Shown piece by piece: positions 43,793 to 52,922 of a DNA stretch of 64,000 nt (its first letter is position 1; every line of letters begins with the position of its first letter). Source of the DNA: a virus; IMG/VR virus record IMGVR_UViG_3300027759_000002, positions 96,001-160,000 of that record. One strand, 5' to 3'. Position numbers and translations under genes: made by a program. The notes under the pieces were generated by a model, which was not told the DNA's origin, did not search any database, and saw only the letters and a program-made list of their open reading frames with translations.

Positions 43793-44995
43793 ATGTTATC
43801 ATTCAAAACTTTTTTAACCGAGCAAGAGGATCCTGAAGAAGGCGCCAGCCGTCAGATTAAACATTTGACGCATGTGGAAGACCGTCCTCTACAAAATGGT
43901 GAAAAAGGTGCGGCACATGCCATCAAATCATTGTCAGCTGCAGCAGAACACATTAAGGCTGGTAATAAATCATCCGAACTAACCACAAAATATGATGGTT
44001 CACCAGCACTTGTTTATGGTCATCATCCAAAGACTGGTAAATTCTTTGTTGCATCAAAGTCCGCTTTCAATAAGACACCAAAGATTAACTACACACCAAA
44101 AGATGTAGATATGAATCATGGCCACGCACCTGGTCTGGCCGCAAAGTTAAAAGATGCACTAACGCATTTACCTAAGATTGCACCTAAGAGTGGTGTGTAT
44201 CAAGGTGATATGATGTTTGGTACAGACAAAGAAGATAAGAAAACTGAAAAGGGTGGTGGCACATCGTTTCATCCTAATCCTTCTGGCCTGACATATACTG
44301 CACACGGAACACACGAAGGCGGAGTTAAGAAGGCAAAAATTGGTGTTGTAACACACTTATCATATCAAGGTAAAGATGCTGCAAGTCTAAATGCATCACA
44401 TGAAGTAGACCACGAAAACTTCAATAAACACTCTGATGTATTCTCTGTTGATCCAAGAATGGACACATCAAAGGTGCATTTCAGTCCAGAAGAACAAAAG
44501 AAATTTACTAAACACATTACTGCAGCTCAAGCAGTACATGATACACATGGCGGTGACATGTATGCTGGTACTAGTGAACACCATGGTGTTGGTGGTTCAT
44601 TAGAAACTTATATTAACCACACTGTGCGTACAGGTGAAGAATCTAACCATAAAAACTTTAAGTCTTGGTTAGAAACAAACAAAAATAAAGCAATTGACAA
44701 ACTTAAAGTCGAAAAGAACAAGAAGGTCAAACAATCAGCTTTAAAAGATGAATTGGGTAAAGTTGAACGTAATAAAAAACACTACAATAATCTTTTCAAA
44801 ATGCATGGTGAGTTGCAGAAGGCTAAAGATACACTTATTGGTGTTATGAATCAACACCAAGAGTTTCAACACACACACGGCGGAGAATCTGCGAATCCTG
44901 AGGGATATGTTTTTCATCACGGTAAAGAATCGGATAAATTAGTTAATCGTGCGGAATTCTCTCGTAGAAATTTTGCTGGAATAAGAAACATATGA
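43793..44995 (+). CDS. ligase-like covalent nucleotidyltransferase, putative internal head protein
   Basis: KYDG motif I, QGDMMF, PEGYVF, KLVNR; N-terminus MLSFKTFLTE. Confidence 0.55.
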   Translation: MLSFKTFLTEQEDPEEGASRQIKHLTHVEDRPLQNGEKGAAHAIKSLSAAAEHIKAGNKSSELTTKYDGSPALVYGHHPKTGKFFVASKSAFNKTPKINYTPKDVDMNHGHAPGLAAKLKDALTHLPKIAPKSGVYQGDMMFGTDKEDKKTEKGGGTSFHPNPSGLTYTAHGTHEGGVKKAKIGVVTHLSYQGKDAASLNASHEVDHENFNKHSDVFSVDPRMDTSKVHFSPEEQKKFTKHITAAQAVHDTHGGDMYAGTSEHHGVGGSLETYINHTVRTGEESNHKNFKSWLETNKNKAIDKLKVEKNKKVKQSALKDELGKVERNKKHYNNLFKMHGELQKAKDTLIGVMNQHQEFQHTHGGESANPEGYVFHHGKESDKLVNRAEFSRRNFAGIRNI

Positions 44996-46746
44996 AAAAG
45001 TTTTTAGAAAAACTACACGAAGATGCTCAAACTCACACACCAGTTGTGATGGCATTTGGTCGCATGAATCCACCAACCATTGGCCACGCCAAAGTGATTG
45101 ATAGAGTGAAACAACTTGCAAAAGACTACAAGGCACCACACCACATTATTGTGTCACATTCTATGGACACAAAGAAGAATCCATTAGACCTTGCGAGTAA
45201 AATCAAACACGCAAAGAGATTTTTCCCTGACACAAACATTACCGGTTCAAGTAAAGAGAAACCAACATTTTTACAACATGCAGCTGCACTACATCAAGCA
45301 GGCCATGACCACTTGATAATGGTTGCAGGCTCAGACCGTATTCCAGAATACGAACAAAAATTGAATCAGTATAATGGAGAAGGTCCAGGAAAGTTATTCA
45401 ATTTCAAAAAGATAGAAGTTAAATCTGCTGGTCAACGTGACCCCGATGCAGAAGGTGCAGAAGGTATGTCTGCTTCCAAGATGCGTGACCATGCAAAGAG
45501 TGGTGATTTCAATTCGTTCAGACAAGGTGTTCCTGCACATGTTCCAGACAATCATGCTAGAGCATTGTTTCGTGATGTTCGTAAAGGTATGGGATTGAAT
45601 GAAGAATTCAATCGTGGACTATTTAAAGCAATCTTTGTGACTGGTGGACCAGGTTCAGGTAAAGACATTATCATACGTGAAGCAATTGCTGAGAGTAAAT
45701 CAGTAGAATTGAATTCAGTACAAGCATTTGACTTATTGATGGACAAACAAAAACTGTCCGAAAAAACAACCGACTATCGTAGAGAAGCTATTCGTAATCG
45801 TGGTCCACTAATTATTAATGGACCTGCTGATGACCATACTAGAATAATTACCATTAGAGAAGAACTAGAAGAATTTGGTTATGAAACTGTTATGGTATTT
45901 GTTGATACAACCAATGAAGCCAGTAAAGAACGTAATGAGAAGTTGACCAAGTCAATTTCAGAATCAGTTAGATATGATAAGTGGCAATTAGCACAAACTT
46001 CAAAAGAAGCATATCGTCAGAATTTTTCCAATTTTATAGATTTCAATAATAGTTCAACCTTCGAAGAAATTCAAGAAGACATTACTGACACTTACGGAAA
46101 AATAAATAGGTTCATTGAGGACAAAAATTACAATGAAATTGCGTTCTCTTGGTTGGAAAGTCGTGGTAAAATTAGTATCACATCATTATTTAAGGAAAAT
46201 GAAAATGTTAAGAAAAATTCTAGATTTTTTGAAAGTTACAAAACCAAACGCACCAGTGGAAGTCCAACTCTCAACACCGGTACCGGTCCAAGAGCCGAAG
46301 GTCCAGGAAGTGAACTCCCAGATAATCGTGCCAGCGACTCCAATGCCGACAACATCAAGTGGGACGGAAACAAAAAGCGAGGAAGTTACACCTTCAAAAC
46401 CTACAGTGAAGAAAGCCCCAGCCTCAAAGTCAGTCCAATCCCCAAAGAAGACAACTTCTCCAAGGACAAGGAAAAAGTAAAACGTAATCGTTTCAGAGAT
46501 TCACCAACTGTTAATCAACGTATGAGAAACATAACAACAGTTGGTCCAGAATTTGATACACGCCAACAGGGTACAGTATACCCTATGTCTGGTCTAGGCG
46601 ATGTAACATACAGAGAATCGTTTAATGATCCTTCCGATTCTGAAATGGGTGTGGTTGGTGTTTTAGGTGGTGCAACAAATAAAGAACCAATGGAAAATCC
46701 AAGAGATAAATTTGGTTCAAGTTCAATAAAGAAGAAAAAGAAATGA
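44992..46746 (+). CDS. HIGH-family nucleotidyltransferase fused to a P-loop kinase
   Basis: FGRMNPPTIGH and MSASKMR; second domain GGPGSGKD. Confidence 0.75.
   Translation: MKKFLEKLHEDAQTHTPVVMAFGRMNPPTIGHAKVIDRVKQLAKDYKAPHHIIVSHSMDTKKNPLDLASKIKHAKRFFPDTNITGSSKEKPTFLQHAAALHQAGHDHLIMVAGSDRIPEYEQKLNQYNGEGPGKLFNFKKIEVKSAGQRDPDAEGAEGMSASKMRDHAKSGDFNSFRQGVPAHVPDNHARALFRDVRKGMGLNEEFNRGLFKAIFVTGGPGSGKDIIIREAIAESKSVELNSVQAFDLLMDKQKLSEKTTDYRREAIRNRGPLIINGPADDHTRIITIREELEEFGYETVMVFVDTTNEASKERNEKLTKSISESVRYDKWQLAQTSKEAYRQNFSNFIDFNNSSTFEEIQEDITDTYGKINRFIEDKNYNEIAFSWLESRGKISITSLFKENENVKKNSRFFESYKTKRTSGSPTLNTGTGPRAEGPGSELPDNRASDSNADNIKWDGNKKRGSYTFKTYSEESPSLKVSPIPKEDNFSKDKEKVKRNRFRDSPTVNQRMRNITTVGPEFDTRQQGTVYPMSGLGDVTYRESFNDPSDSEMGVVGVLGGATNKEPMENPRDKFGSSSIKKKKK
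46205..46480 (+). CDS. putative overprinted gene, 91 aa, Pro/Thr/Lys-rich
   Basis: AAGGA RBS, MLRKILDFLKV...KKAPASK...PRTRKK, in a frame shifted from the host ORF. Confidence 0.5.
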   Translation: MLRKILDFLKVTKPNAPVEVQLSTPVPVQEPKVQEVNSQIIVPATPMPTTSSGTETKSEEVTPSKPTVKKAPASKSVQSPKKTTSPRTRKK

Positions 46747-46955
46747 AAAAATTCACAGAGTTTGTGAGAGAATCTACACCAGAAACATCACACCATGATG
46801 CTCAAGAAATCAAACGTCAAAAGACACACTTGATGGACAAAGCAAAAGAGTATGGTGACCAAGCACAAAAAGAAAAACATTTCGGCCACGGTGGAGCAGC
46901 AGAAGCTAAAGGTGAGACCATGGTTGCAGCTGCAAAAAATATTAAAGGAGATTAA
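46743..46955 (+). CDS. small putative internal head protein
   Basis: MKKFTEFVRE N-terminus. Confidence 0.65.
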   Translation: MKKFTEFVRESTPETSHHDAQEIKRQKTHLMDKAKEYGDQAQKEKHFGHGGAAEAKGETMVAAAKNIKGD

Positions 46956-46956
46956 C

Positions 46957-47436
46957 ATGATAAACTTAAAAAAGAACGATGCACTTGCTGATGCGGTAAA
47001 AGAAATTTTACAACAAGAGGCACTAAAAGGCAATCAACATTTAATTGATAAAAATAAGAACAATGAAGTTGATGCACACGATTTCAAAATTCTTCGTGGC
47101 GAAAAGAAAACCGTCAAAGAAGAAGAAACCGTTGAAGAAGGTCTTAAAGATATTGCCAAGAAAGCTTTCAAAGCTTTGACTGGTGGTTCAGATGAAGACC
47201 AACGTAAAAATCTACAAAAGAAAATGGGCGTTCCACAAACTGGTAAAAAACCAGTAAAAGAAGAAGTTCAAGGTAAAACTTTGAAACAATTCAAAGAAGG
47301 TTGGGATGAAATGATGGCTGACGTTAAGAAACGTGGCGAACCACAACCAAACGGTGGATCAGGTAAAAAACAAGGTTCTGCATATGGTGGTTCTAAACAA
47401 AAAGACAAGCCAGAACAGGACACAGAAAAAAAGTAA
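46957..47436 (+). CDS. putative internal head protein; -1 frameshift extends it to 47582
   Basis: AAGGAG RBS, several x-x-E sites, ends in A AAA AAG TAA. Confidence 0.7.
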   Translation: MINLKKNDALADAVKEILQQEALKGNQHLIDKNKNNEVDAHDFKILRGEKKTVKEEETVEEGLKDIAKKAFKALTGGSDEDQRKNLQKKMGVPQTGKKPVKEEVQGKTLKQFKEGWDEMMADVKKRGEPQPNGGSGKKQGSAYGGSKQKDKPEQDTEKK

Positions 47437-47482
47437 CTGAGGCAAAGGGACCAACCAGTCAGGAAGACGGACCTTTTGTCTC
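47427..47482 (+). other. candidate programmed -1 ribosomal frameshift signal
   Basis: A AAA AAG (47427-33), 5-nt spacer, 11-bp stem 47439-49/47472-82; the -1 frame is open for 49 codons. Confidence 0.62.
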
Positions 47483-47591
47483 TAGTATTAATGATACACA
47501 CGATTTAAAACCACTGAACCATGCAAGGTACTTGGCCAAAAAATCTTTAAATAGAGTTCAAAAAGAAATGATGAACAAATAAGGCACAATA

Positions 47592-49040
47592 ATGAGCAAA
47601 GCACAAACATTAAAATCTATAGTTAAAAGGGGGGGTGCAGAAAAGCCTTCTTTCGGAACTAATCCTTGGGATCCATGGTCCGCAAAAGCTAATATTGCGG
47701 AAGATGCTGCTTTGGATCAATATTTGACTTCTAGAGGTATCAATCCAAAACATGTTTCTAAAGACCAAAAGGTTGCACATTCCAAGATGGGACAATTCAT
47801 CAAATGGAAAAGAGACCATATGTCAGAAGCAGTTGACAGAAAAGATACTATTACTTTTGACATTCCTTTATTGATTCGTGTTTTGGAATTTACTAGAGAA
47901 GATTTGAAGACTGATATCAACTTACACAAGATGGTTGAGAGACTATTGAACATTCGTGGTAAAGGCACATTGACCATGAATGAATATGGTAAAATTGTCA
48001 AAGAAGAATATGCAGAAGAAGAAGTGGAACAGATTGTTGAAATAACAACTACTGGTTATCACAAAGCTGCAATTAAGAGTAGACAAGATGCTGCTGTTAA
48101 AGTCATGTCCAGTATGGGTAAAGACAAAACAGCAAAAACAAAACTTGATGCTCGTAATCGTGGATTAAAACGACTTGGTGATAGAACATCAGCCGAAATG
48201 AAGAAGGCCAATTCTGGTCCACAAAAACCAGTACACCATCCAGCCAGCAGTATGAGTTCACCACAAGCATACTATGCATCTAAGAAACCAGGTGAATACA
48301 CTGGTGATTCTGTTCAATATTCAGCTGATACTAATGTCATTTCTGAAATCAGTAGTGCAACTTTGGATAGTTACAAAGAAAAGGCTAAGAAGTCTGCTGA
48401 CGAACTATCATCAAAAGGTGAATATAGAAAATCTACAAATCGCTGGTCTAATGTTATGAAAGCCACCGGTAAACAGATTGACAAGACAACTGCTGATATT
48501 AAGAAGTCTTTGAATAAAGAAGAAACTGAGCAAGTGCAAGAAGTTGCACCTCCAGGTTTCGAAGGTACTGTCAAAGCAATGAAAAAGTACAAAGGTATTG
48601 ATAATCCTTGGGCTCTTGCATGGTCCATGAAGAACAAAGGTTATAAGTCACATAAGAAGGCTGACGGTACACCTAAGAATGAAAACTATCAGGATCCGCA
48701 AGCCGCTTCATCAATGCCTGGTGATTGTGCAAATAGTCCCGATGATGTTGAACAACCAAAGAATAAAAAGTTGATTCAAATGTCTAAGTCTGCTCGAATC
48801 ATTAAAAACCTTTACAAAAAGAAAGGTATGAAAGAGGAAACTTACGACCATGAAAAGGAAGACAAATCTGTTGCAACATATGGTAAAAAACCAAAGATGC
48901 AACAAGTTAGTGCTGATTTGGAAGAACCGCAAGCCGCAGCCGTATTAACAGGCGGTACTACCTTGACTGGTGAAAAAAGAGATACCATCGAAATCGACCC
49001 TATGATGAAGATGCGTAAACCAATTTCTGGAAAAAGATAA
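47592..49040 (+). CDS. modular putative internal head polyprotein
   Basis: Short basic modules separated by IVE/ISE/VQE/NEN/KEE sites. Confidence 0.65.
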   Translation: MSKAQTLKSIVKRGGAEKPSFGTNPWDPWSAKANIAEDAALDQYLTSRGINPKHVSKDQKVAHSKMGQFIKWKRDHMSEAVDRKDTITFDIPLLIRVLEFTREDLKTDINLHKMVERLLNIRGKGTLTMNEYGKIVKEEYAEEEVEQIVEITTTGYHKAAIKSRQDAAVKVMSSMGKDKTAKTKLDARNRGLKRLGDRTSAEMKKANSGPQKPVHHPASSMSSPQAYYASKKPGEYTGDSVQYSADTNVISEISSATLDSYKEKAKKSADELSSKGEYRKSTNRWSNVMKATGKQIDKTTADIKKSLNKEETEQVQEVAPPGFEGTVKAMKKYKGIDNPWALAWSMKNKGYKSHKKADGTPKNENYQDPQAASSMPGDCANSPDDVEQPKNKKLIQMSKSARIIKNLYKKKGMKEETYDHEKEDKSVATYGKKPKMQQVSADLEEPQAAAVLTGGTTLTGEKRDTIEIDPMMKMRKPISGKR

Positions 49041-49076
49041 ATAGTAAATATAACCCACGGTTAAAAGGAGAATAAC

Positions 49077-49943
49077 ATGTCATCTTGGGGAAATAACGAT
49101 AACGCAGCTAATGCACCATATTGGGCTGTTGAGACAGTACAAACAACAAATGCGCCAGTTGCATCCGCACCAACAGCAGCAAACGTTGCACTGTTGTATG
49201 GTAATACACAATTCCAGGCATATACACAAGGTATGACTGTTGGATTATTCATGGTAGATGCTACAGAAACCACTGCTGGTGGTGATAATGTAGTGGATAT
49301 CTCATTGTCGAATCAAGGATCCGGATATGTTGCAGTGCCTGGTATTACATTATCAGGCGGCGGCGGTACATCTGCTGCAGCAACTGCTTCTATTGCTGGG
49401 GGTAAAATTTCCAATATCACTGTAACAAACGTTGGTTCTGGATATACATCCGATCCTGTAGTTACAATTGGCCAACCTAATTTAGTTATTCCAATAGCTC
49501 AAGTTATTGTTGCAAACAACGTAATAATGTATACTGCACACGGCCAAGCAAATAGTGCTGCTCTAGTTTATAACTGGAATGGTTCCGCAAATATTGGTGG
49601 TATTACAAATGCAAACACATATTATGTTGTGCCTGTTGATGCCAATCGTTTCTCATTAGCAGCAACTGCCGCTGATGCAGCTAACAACGTTGTTATTGAC
49701 CTTACAACACAAGGTGCTGCAACTCAATACTTTGATATTGTTGGTGGTGTACGTGCTACTGCTGTTGCAAGCCGTGGTTTAAGTCAAGGTGCAAGCGGTG
49801 CAGAACATGCAACACACATTGGTTGGAATATAAAAACAGTTGGTTCAGGTGGCCGTGCTGGTCGTGTTCAATACGAAACGTTAGTTGCCATCTCTGAAGT
49901 TAAAGGTGATGGTTCAGACGATATTACTTTACCTGACGCTTAA
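49077..49943 (+). CDS. virion structural protein (tail fibre/baseplate-like)
   Basis: Ala/Gly/Thr-rich, repeated GSGY...P.VTI motifs, late promoter at 49037-43. Confidence 0.65.
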   Translation: MSSWGNNDNAANAPYWAVETVQTTNAPVASAPTAANVALLYGNTQFQAYTQGMTVGLFMVDATETTAGGDNVVDISLSNQGSGYVAVPGITLSGGGGTSAAATASIAGGKISNITVTNVGSGYTSDPVVTIGQPNLVIPIAQVIVANNVIMYTAHGQANSAALVYNWNGSANIGGITNANTYYVVPVDANRFSLAATAADAANNVVIDLTTQGAATQYFDIVGGVRATAVASRGLSQGASGAEHATHIGWNIKTVGSGGRAGRVQYETLVAISEVKGDGSDDITLPDA

Positions 49944-49948
49944 CAAAA

Positions 49949-49968
49949 GGGGCTTCGGCCCCCATTTA
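49949..49968 (+). terminator. UUCG hairpin, probable terminator
   Basis: GGGGC-TTCG-GCCCC with a weak T tract. Confidence 0.55.
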
Positions 49969-49970
49969 AT

Positions 49971-50357
49971 ATGTTCGATGAATTGAATGAAGATAATTTT
50001 ATGATGTATGCTGCAAAATGCTATACATCACCACATTGCATTATGTCGGAATTTGAGGGAGATATTAAAAGAACAAAATACCTGAAAAGGTTATTTCGTA
50101 GATATAAGGTCACAAAATCCCTCAAAGAACGATTAATTATAAACCATATCATTTTATTGAATAATGTTTTTGGTCCAGAAGCAACGGCAAGAATATTGTT
50201 CTATAAGACTGATGAACGTGATTATGATATTCTAAAAACATTTTTAGATTACCTTGACATTATGCCTGACTTTGTTTATGGAATTAATGGAAAAACTATA
50301 TCATCATCCGATTTACCACTAGATATGAATGTCGCAGAGATATTAAGAAACATATGA
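49971..50357 (+). CDS. conserved hypothetical T4-like protein
   Basis: KYLKRLFRRY...LKERLIINHII...NVFG. Confidence 0.7.
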   Translation: MFDELNEDNFMMYAAKCYTSPHCIMSEFEGDIKRTKYLKRLFRRYKVTKSLKERLIINHIILLNNVFGPEATARILFYKTDERDYDILKTFLDYLDIMPDFVYGINGKTISSSDLPLDMNVAEILRNI

Positions 50358-51007
50358 AAAAATTCAACGAATACATCAACGAAGTTAAAGAACCAACTGG
50401 TGACCTAAAGAAGGCTTGTTGGACTGGATACACTGCTGTCGGAACAAAAAAGAAAAACGGTAGAACCGTTCCTAATTGTGTTCCAGAAGAAGTTGAAATA
50501 GACGAAAACCATATTGCCATCGCCATGGGTAAAGAGATGGATGATGAAGGCAGTATGATTATGAATCAACTGGATCAAATAGAACGTTCCATTAACATGA
50601 TGCGTGAAGTTGTCAAGGATCCAAATATGCAGGTACCTGCTTGGGTGCAATCTAAAGTAACATTAGCCGCAGACTATATTGAAACTGCTGCTGGTTATAT
50701 GTCTAGTAAAAATGAAGAAGTTGACTTAGAAGAAACTGCTGCATGGCAACGCAAAGAAGGCAAAAGTGAATCTGGTGGTTTGAATCAAAAGGGTGTTGAT
50801 TCTTATCGTAGAGAAAATCCTGGTTCAAAACTAAAGACAGCTGTCACAACCAAACCATCAAAATTAAAAGCAGGTTCAGCTGCAGCAAATCGCCGTAAGT
50901 CATTCTGTGCTAGAATGTCTGGTATGAAGAAAAGATTAACATCAGCAAAAACTGCTAATGATCCGGATTCTCGTATTAATAAATCTTTACGTAAGTGGAA
51001 TTGCTGA
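50354..51007 (+). CDS. putative internal head protein
   Basis: MKKFNEYINE start; modules ending in E; basic C-terminal AWQRKEGK...RRKSFCARM. Confidence 0.7.
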   Translation: MKKFNEYINEVKEPTGDLKKACWTGYTAVGTKKKNGRTVPNCVPEEVEIDENHIAIAMGKEMDDEGSMIMNQLDQIERSINMMREVVKDPNMQVPAWVQSKVTLAADYIETAAGYMSSKNEEVDLEETAAWQRKEGKSESGGLNQKGVDSYRRENPGSKLKTAVTTKPSKLKAGSAAANRRKSFCARMSGMKKRLTSAKTANDPDSRINKSLRKWNC

Positions 51008-51252
51008 TGAAAACATTTCAAGAATATATCACAGAAAAGGGTAGATGTTGGACTGGTTACAAACCTGTTCCAGGTAAAAAAGCATACTCCGATAACAGCT
51101 GTGTAAAAGAAGATGGTATGGCAGCTGCACCAGCAAACAGTGTCAGCGGTGGAAACATTGCTGGTTCAGGTGGCGCTGGTGGAGAACCAGGTGTTTCTAA
51201 GAAAAGAAATCCAGTAATGTCATTTACTAAACGCAGTCAACCGAAGATGTAA
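51007..51252 (+). CDS. small putative internal head protein
   Basis: MKTFQEYITE start; CWTGY module shared with the previous ORF. Confidence 0.7.
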   Translation: MKTFQEYITEKGRCWTGYKPVPGKKAYSDNSCVKEDGMAAAPANSVSGGNIAGSGGAGGEPGVSKKRNPVMSFTKRSQPKM

Positions 51253-51253
51253 T

Positions 51254-51709
51254 ATGTGGATACTGCAATGGTTACCTAATTGGATTTTCTACGCCGTCTT
51301 ATTAGCCGGCGTTTTTGGTGTGGCCGCATCATATTTCATTAGATTCCTTAGTTTCATTCCTTTTCTTTACATTTACAAAACACCTATACAACTTGGTTCA
51401 ATTGCATCGATTGCCATTGGAACTTTTATGTCAGGTGCGATATATGATAATGACGTATGGGAAACAAGAGTAAAAGAAATGGAAGCCAAAGTTGCTGTTG
51501 CTGAAACACAATCAAAAGAAGAAAATATTAAGATTGTTGAAAGAGTGGTAAACAAGGTACAGATAGTCAGAACCAGAGGTGAAGACATTGTTAAATATGT
51601 AGATAGAGAAGTGGTCAAGTATGACACAAAATTTGCACCAGGTGGTATCTGTGAAATTCCAAAAGAGTTTATCAAGGCACATAATGATGCAGTTGAGGCA
51701 CCTAAATGA
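51254..51709 (+). CDS. i-spanin-like membrane protein
   Basis: N-terminal TMs plus coiled coil; upstream of a lipoprotein and the endolysin. Confidence 0.5.
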   Translation: MWILQWLPNWIFYAVLLAGVFGVAASYFIRFLSFIPFLYIYKTPIQLGSIASIAIGTFMSGAIYDNDVWETRVKEMEAKVAVAETQSKEENIKIVERVVNKVQIVRTRGEDIVKYVDREVVKYDTKFAPGGICEIPKEFIKAHNDAVEAPK

Positions 51710-52017
51710 AAACCTTCAAACAGTTCATTTCACATAAATCACCAGAAGAAAAAAAGAAGCCACTTGACTATGCTGCTATTCGTGCAGCATCAGCACAATC
51801 AACTCCAACACAGAAGACTGGTAGTACTAAATTTGTTATGCACCGAGAAGGTTACGGTCCTTGGGGTAAAATATCACAAGTTAATTTAGATAAAATTGCA
51901 AAAGCCAAAAAACGTGAAGAAAAAGAAAAAGGTTTAATGAGAAAACCCGGATCAACGGCATCAAAAGATACAATTAATTATGTTACTAAAGTAAATAAAC
52001 TTTCTGAAGAAAAATGA
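51706..52017 (+). CDS. small basic protein
   Basis: MKTFKQFI start. Confidence 0.6.
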   Translation: MKTFKQFISHKSPEEKKKPLDYAAIRAASAQSTPTQKTGSTKFVMHREGYGPWGKISQVNLDKIAKAKKREEKEKGLMRKPGSTASKDTINYVTKVNKLSEEK

Positions 52018-52298
52018 ATCCAATTAAATTATTCATACTAGTAATTTTCATACTACTTGCTTTTTTAGCAACTGGTTGTTCAACTACTGTTCCTGTTACA
52101 ATGAAGTTTCCTGAAGTGCCAGATAAATTATTACAAAAATGTCCCCAGTTACAAAAATTGGGTGAAGATGTAAAATTGAGTGATGTAAGCAAAACTGTTA
52201 CAATTAATTATACTACTTATTATGAGTGTGCTGTGAAAAATGATGCATGGATTGAATGGTATCAAATACAAAAACACATTTATGAAAGTGTAAAATAA
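52014..52298 (+). CDS. o-spanin-like lipoprotein
   Basis: Signal peptide with LATGC lipobox, Pro-rich, Cys residues. Confidence 0.6.
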   Translation: MNPIKLFILVIFILLAFLATGCSTTVPVTMKFPEVPDKLLQKCPQLQKLGEDVKLSDVSKTVTINYTTYYECAVKNDAWIEWYQIQKHIYESVK

Positions 52299-52921
52299 TG
52301 GAACTGACCAAAGAACAACTAAAACAATTACTTCCTAAAAACCCATATGTTGACCATTGGCATCACGCATTGTCAATTTTATTGCCTGATTATGAAATCA
52401 ATACACCTCAGAGAATGGCTGCTTTTATAGCACAGTGTTCACATGAGTCTGGTGGATTTACTGCACTAAAAGAGAACCTAAATTACAAACCTGCAACCTT
52501 GCGTAAAATCTTTCCAAAGTATTTTCCGAATGATGAAATTGCTAATGATTACTGTTCACGACCAAACAAGCAAGCAGCCATTGCAAACAAAGTCTATGCA
52601 TCACGCATGGGCAACGGTGATGAATCATCAGGTGACGGATACAAGTTCTGTGGTCGTGGATTGATTCAATTGACCGGCCGAGACAACTATACATTCTTTG
52701 CAGGTTCATTAAACATCACAGTTGAAGATGCATCAGAATATCTTGCAACATTTGAAGGTGCTGCACAGTCAGCCTGTTGGTTCTGGGAAACAAATGATTT
52801 AAATAAATGGTCAGACAAAGGTGATATACTAACATTAACGAAAAAGATTAATGGTGGAACAATTGGCCTAGATGACCGAATCAAACATTACGAACATGCA
52901 CTACATGTTTTTGGAGTATAA
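52298..52921 (+). CDS. glycoside hydrolase family 19 endolysin
   Basis: FIAQCSHESGGF, GRGLIQLTGRDNY, TKKINGG. Confidence 0.93.
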   Translation: MELTKEQLKQLLPKNPYVDHWHHALSILLPDYEINTPQRMAAFIAQCSHESGGFTALKENLNYKPATLRKIFPKYFPNDEIANDYCSRPNKQAAIANKVYASRMGNGDESSGDGYKFCGRGLIQLTGRDNYTFFAGSLNITVEDASEYLATFEGAAQSACWFWETNDLNKWSDKGDILTLTKKINGGTIGLDDRIKHYEHALHVFGV

Positions 52922-52922
52922 T

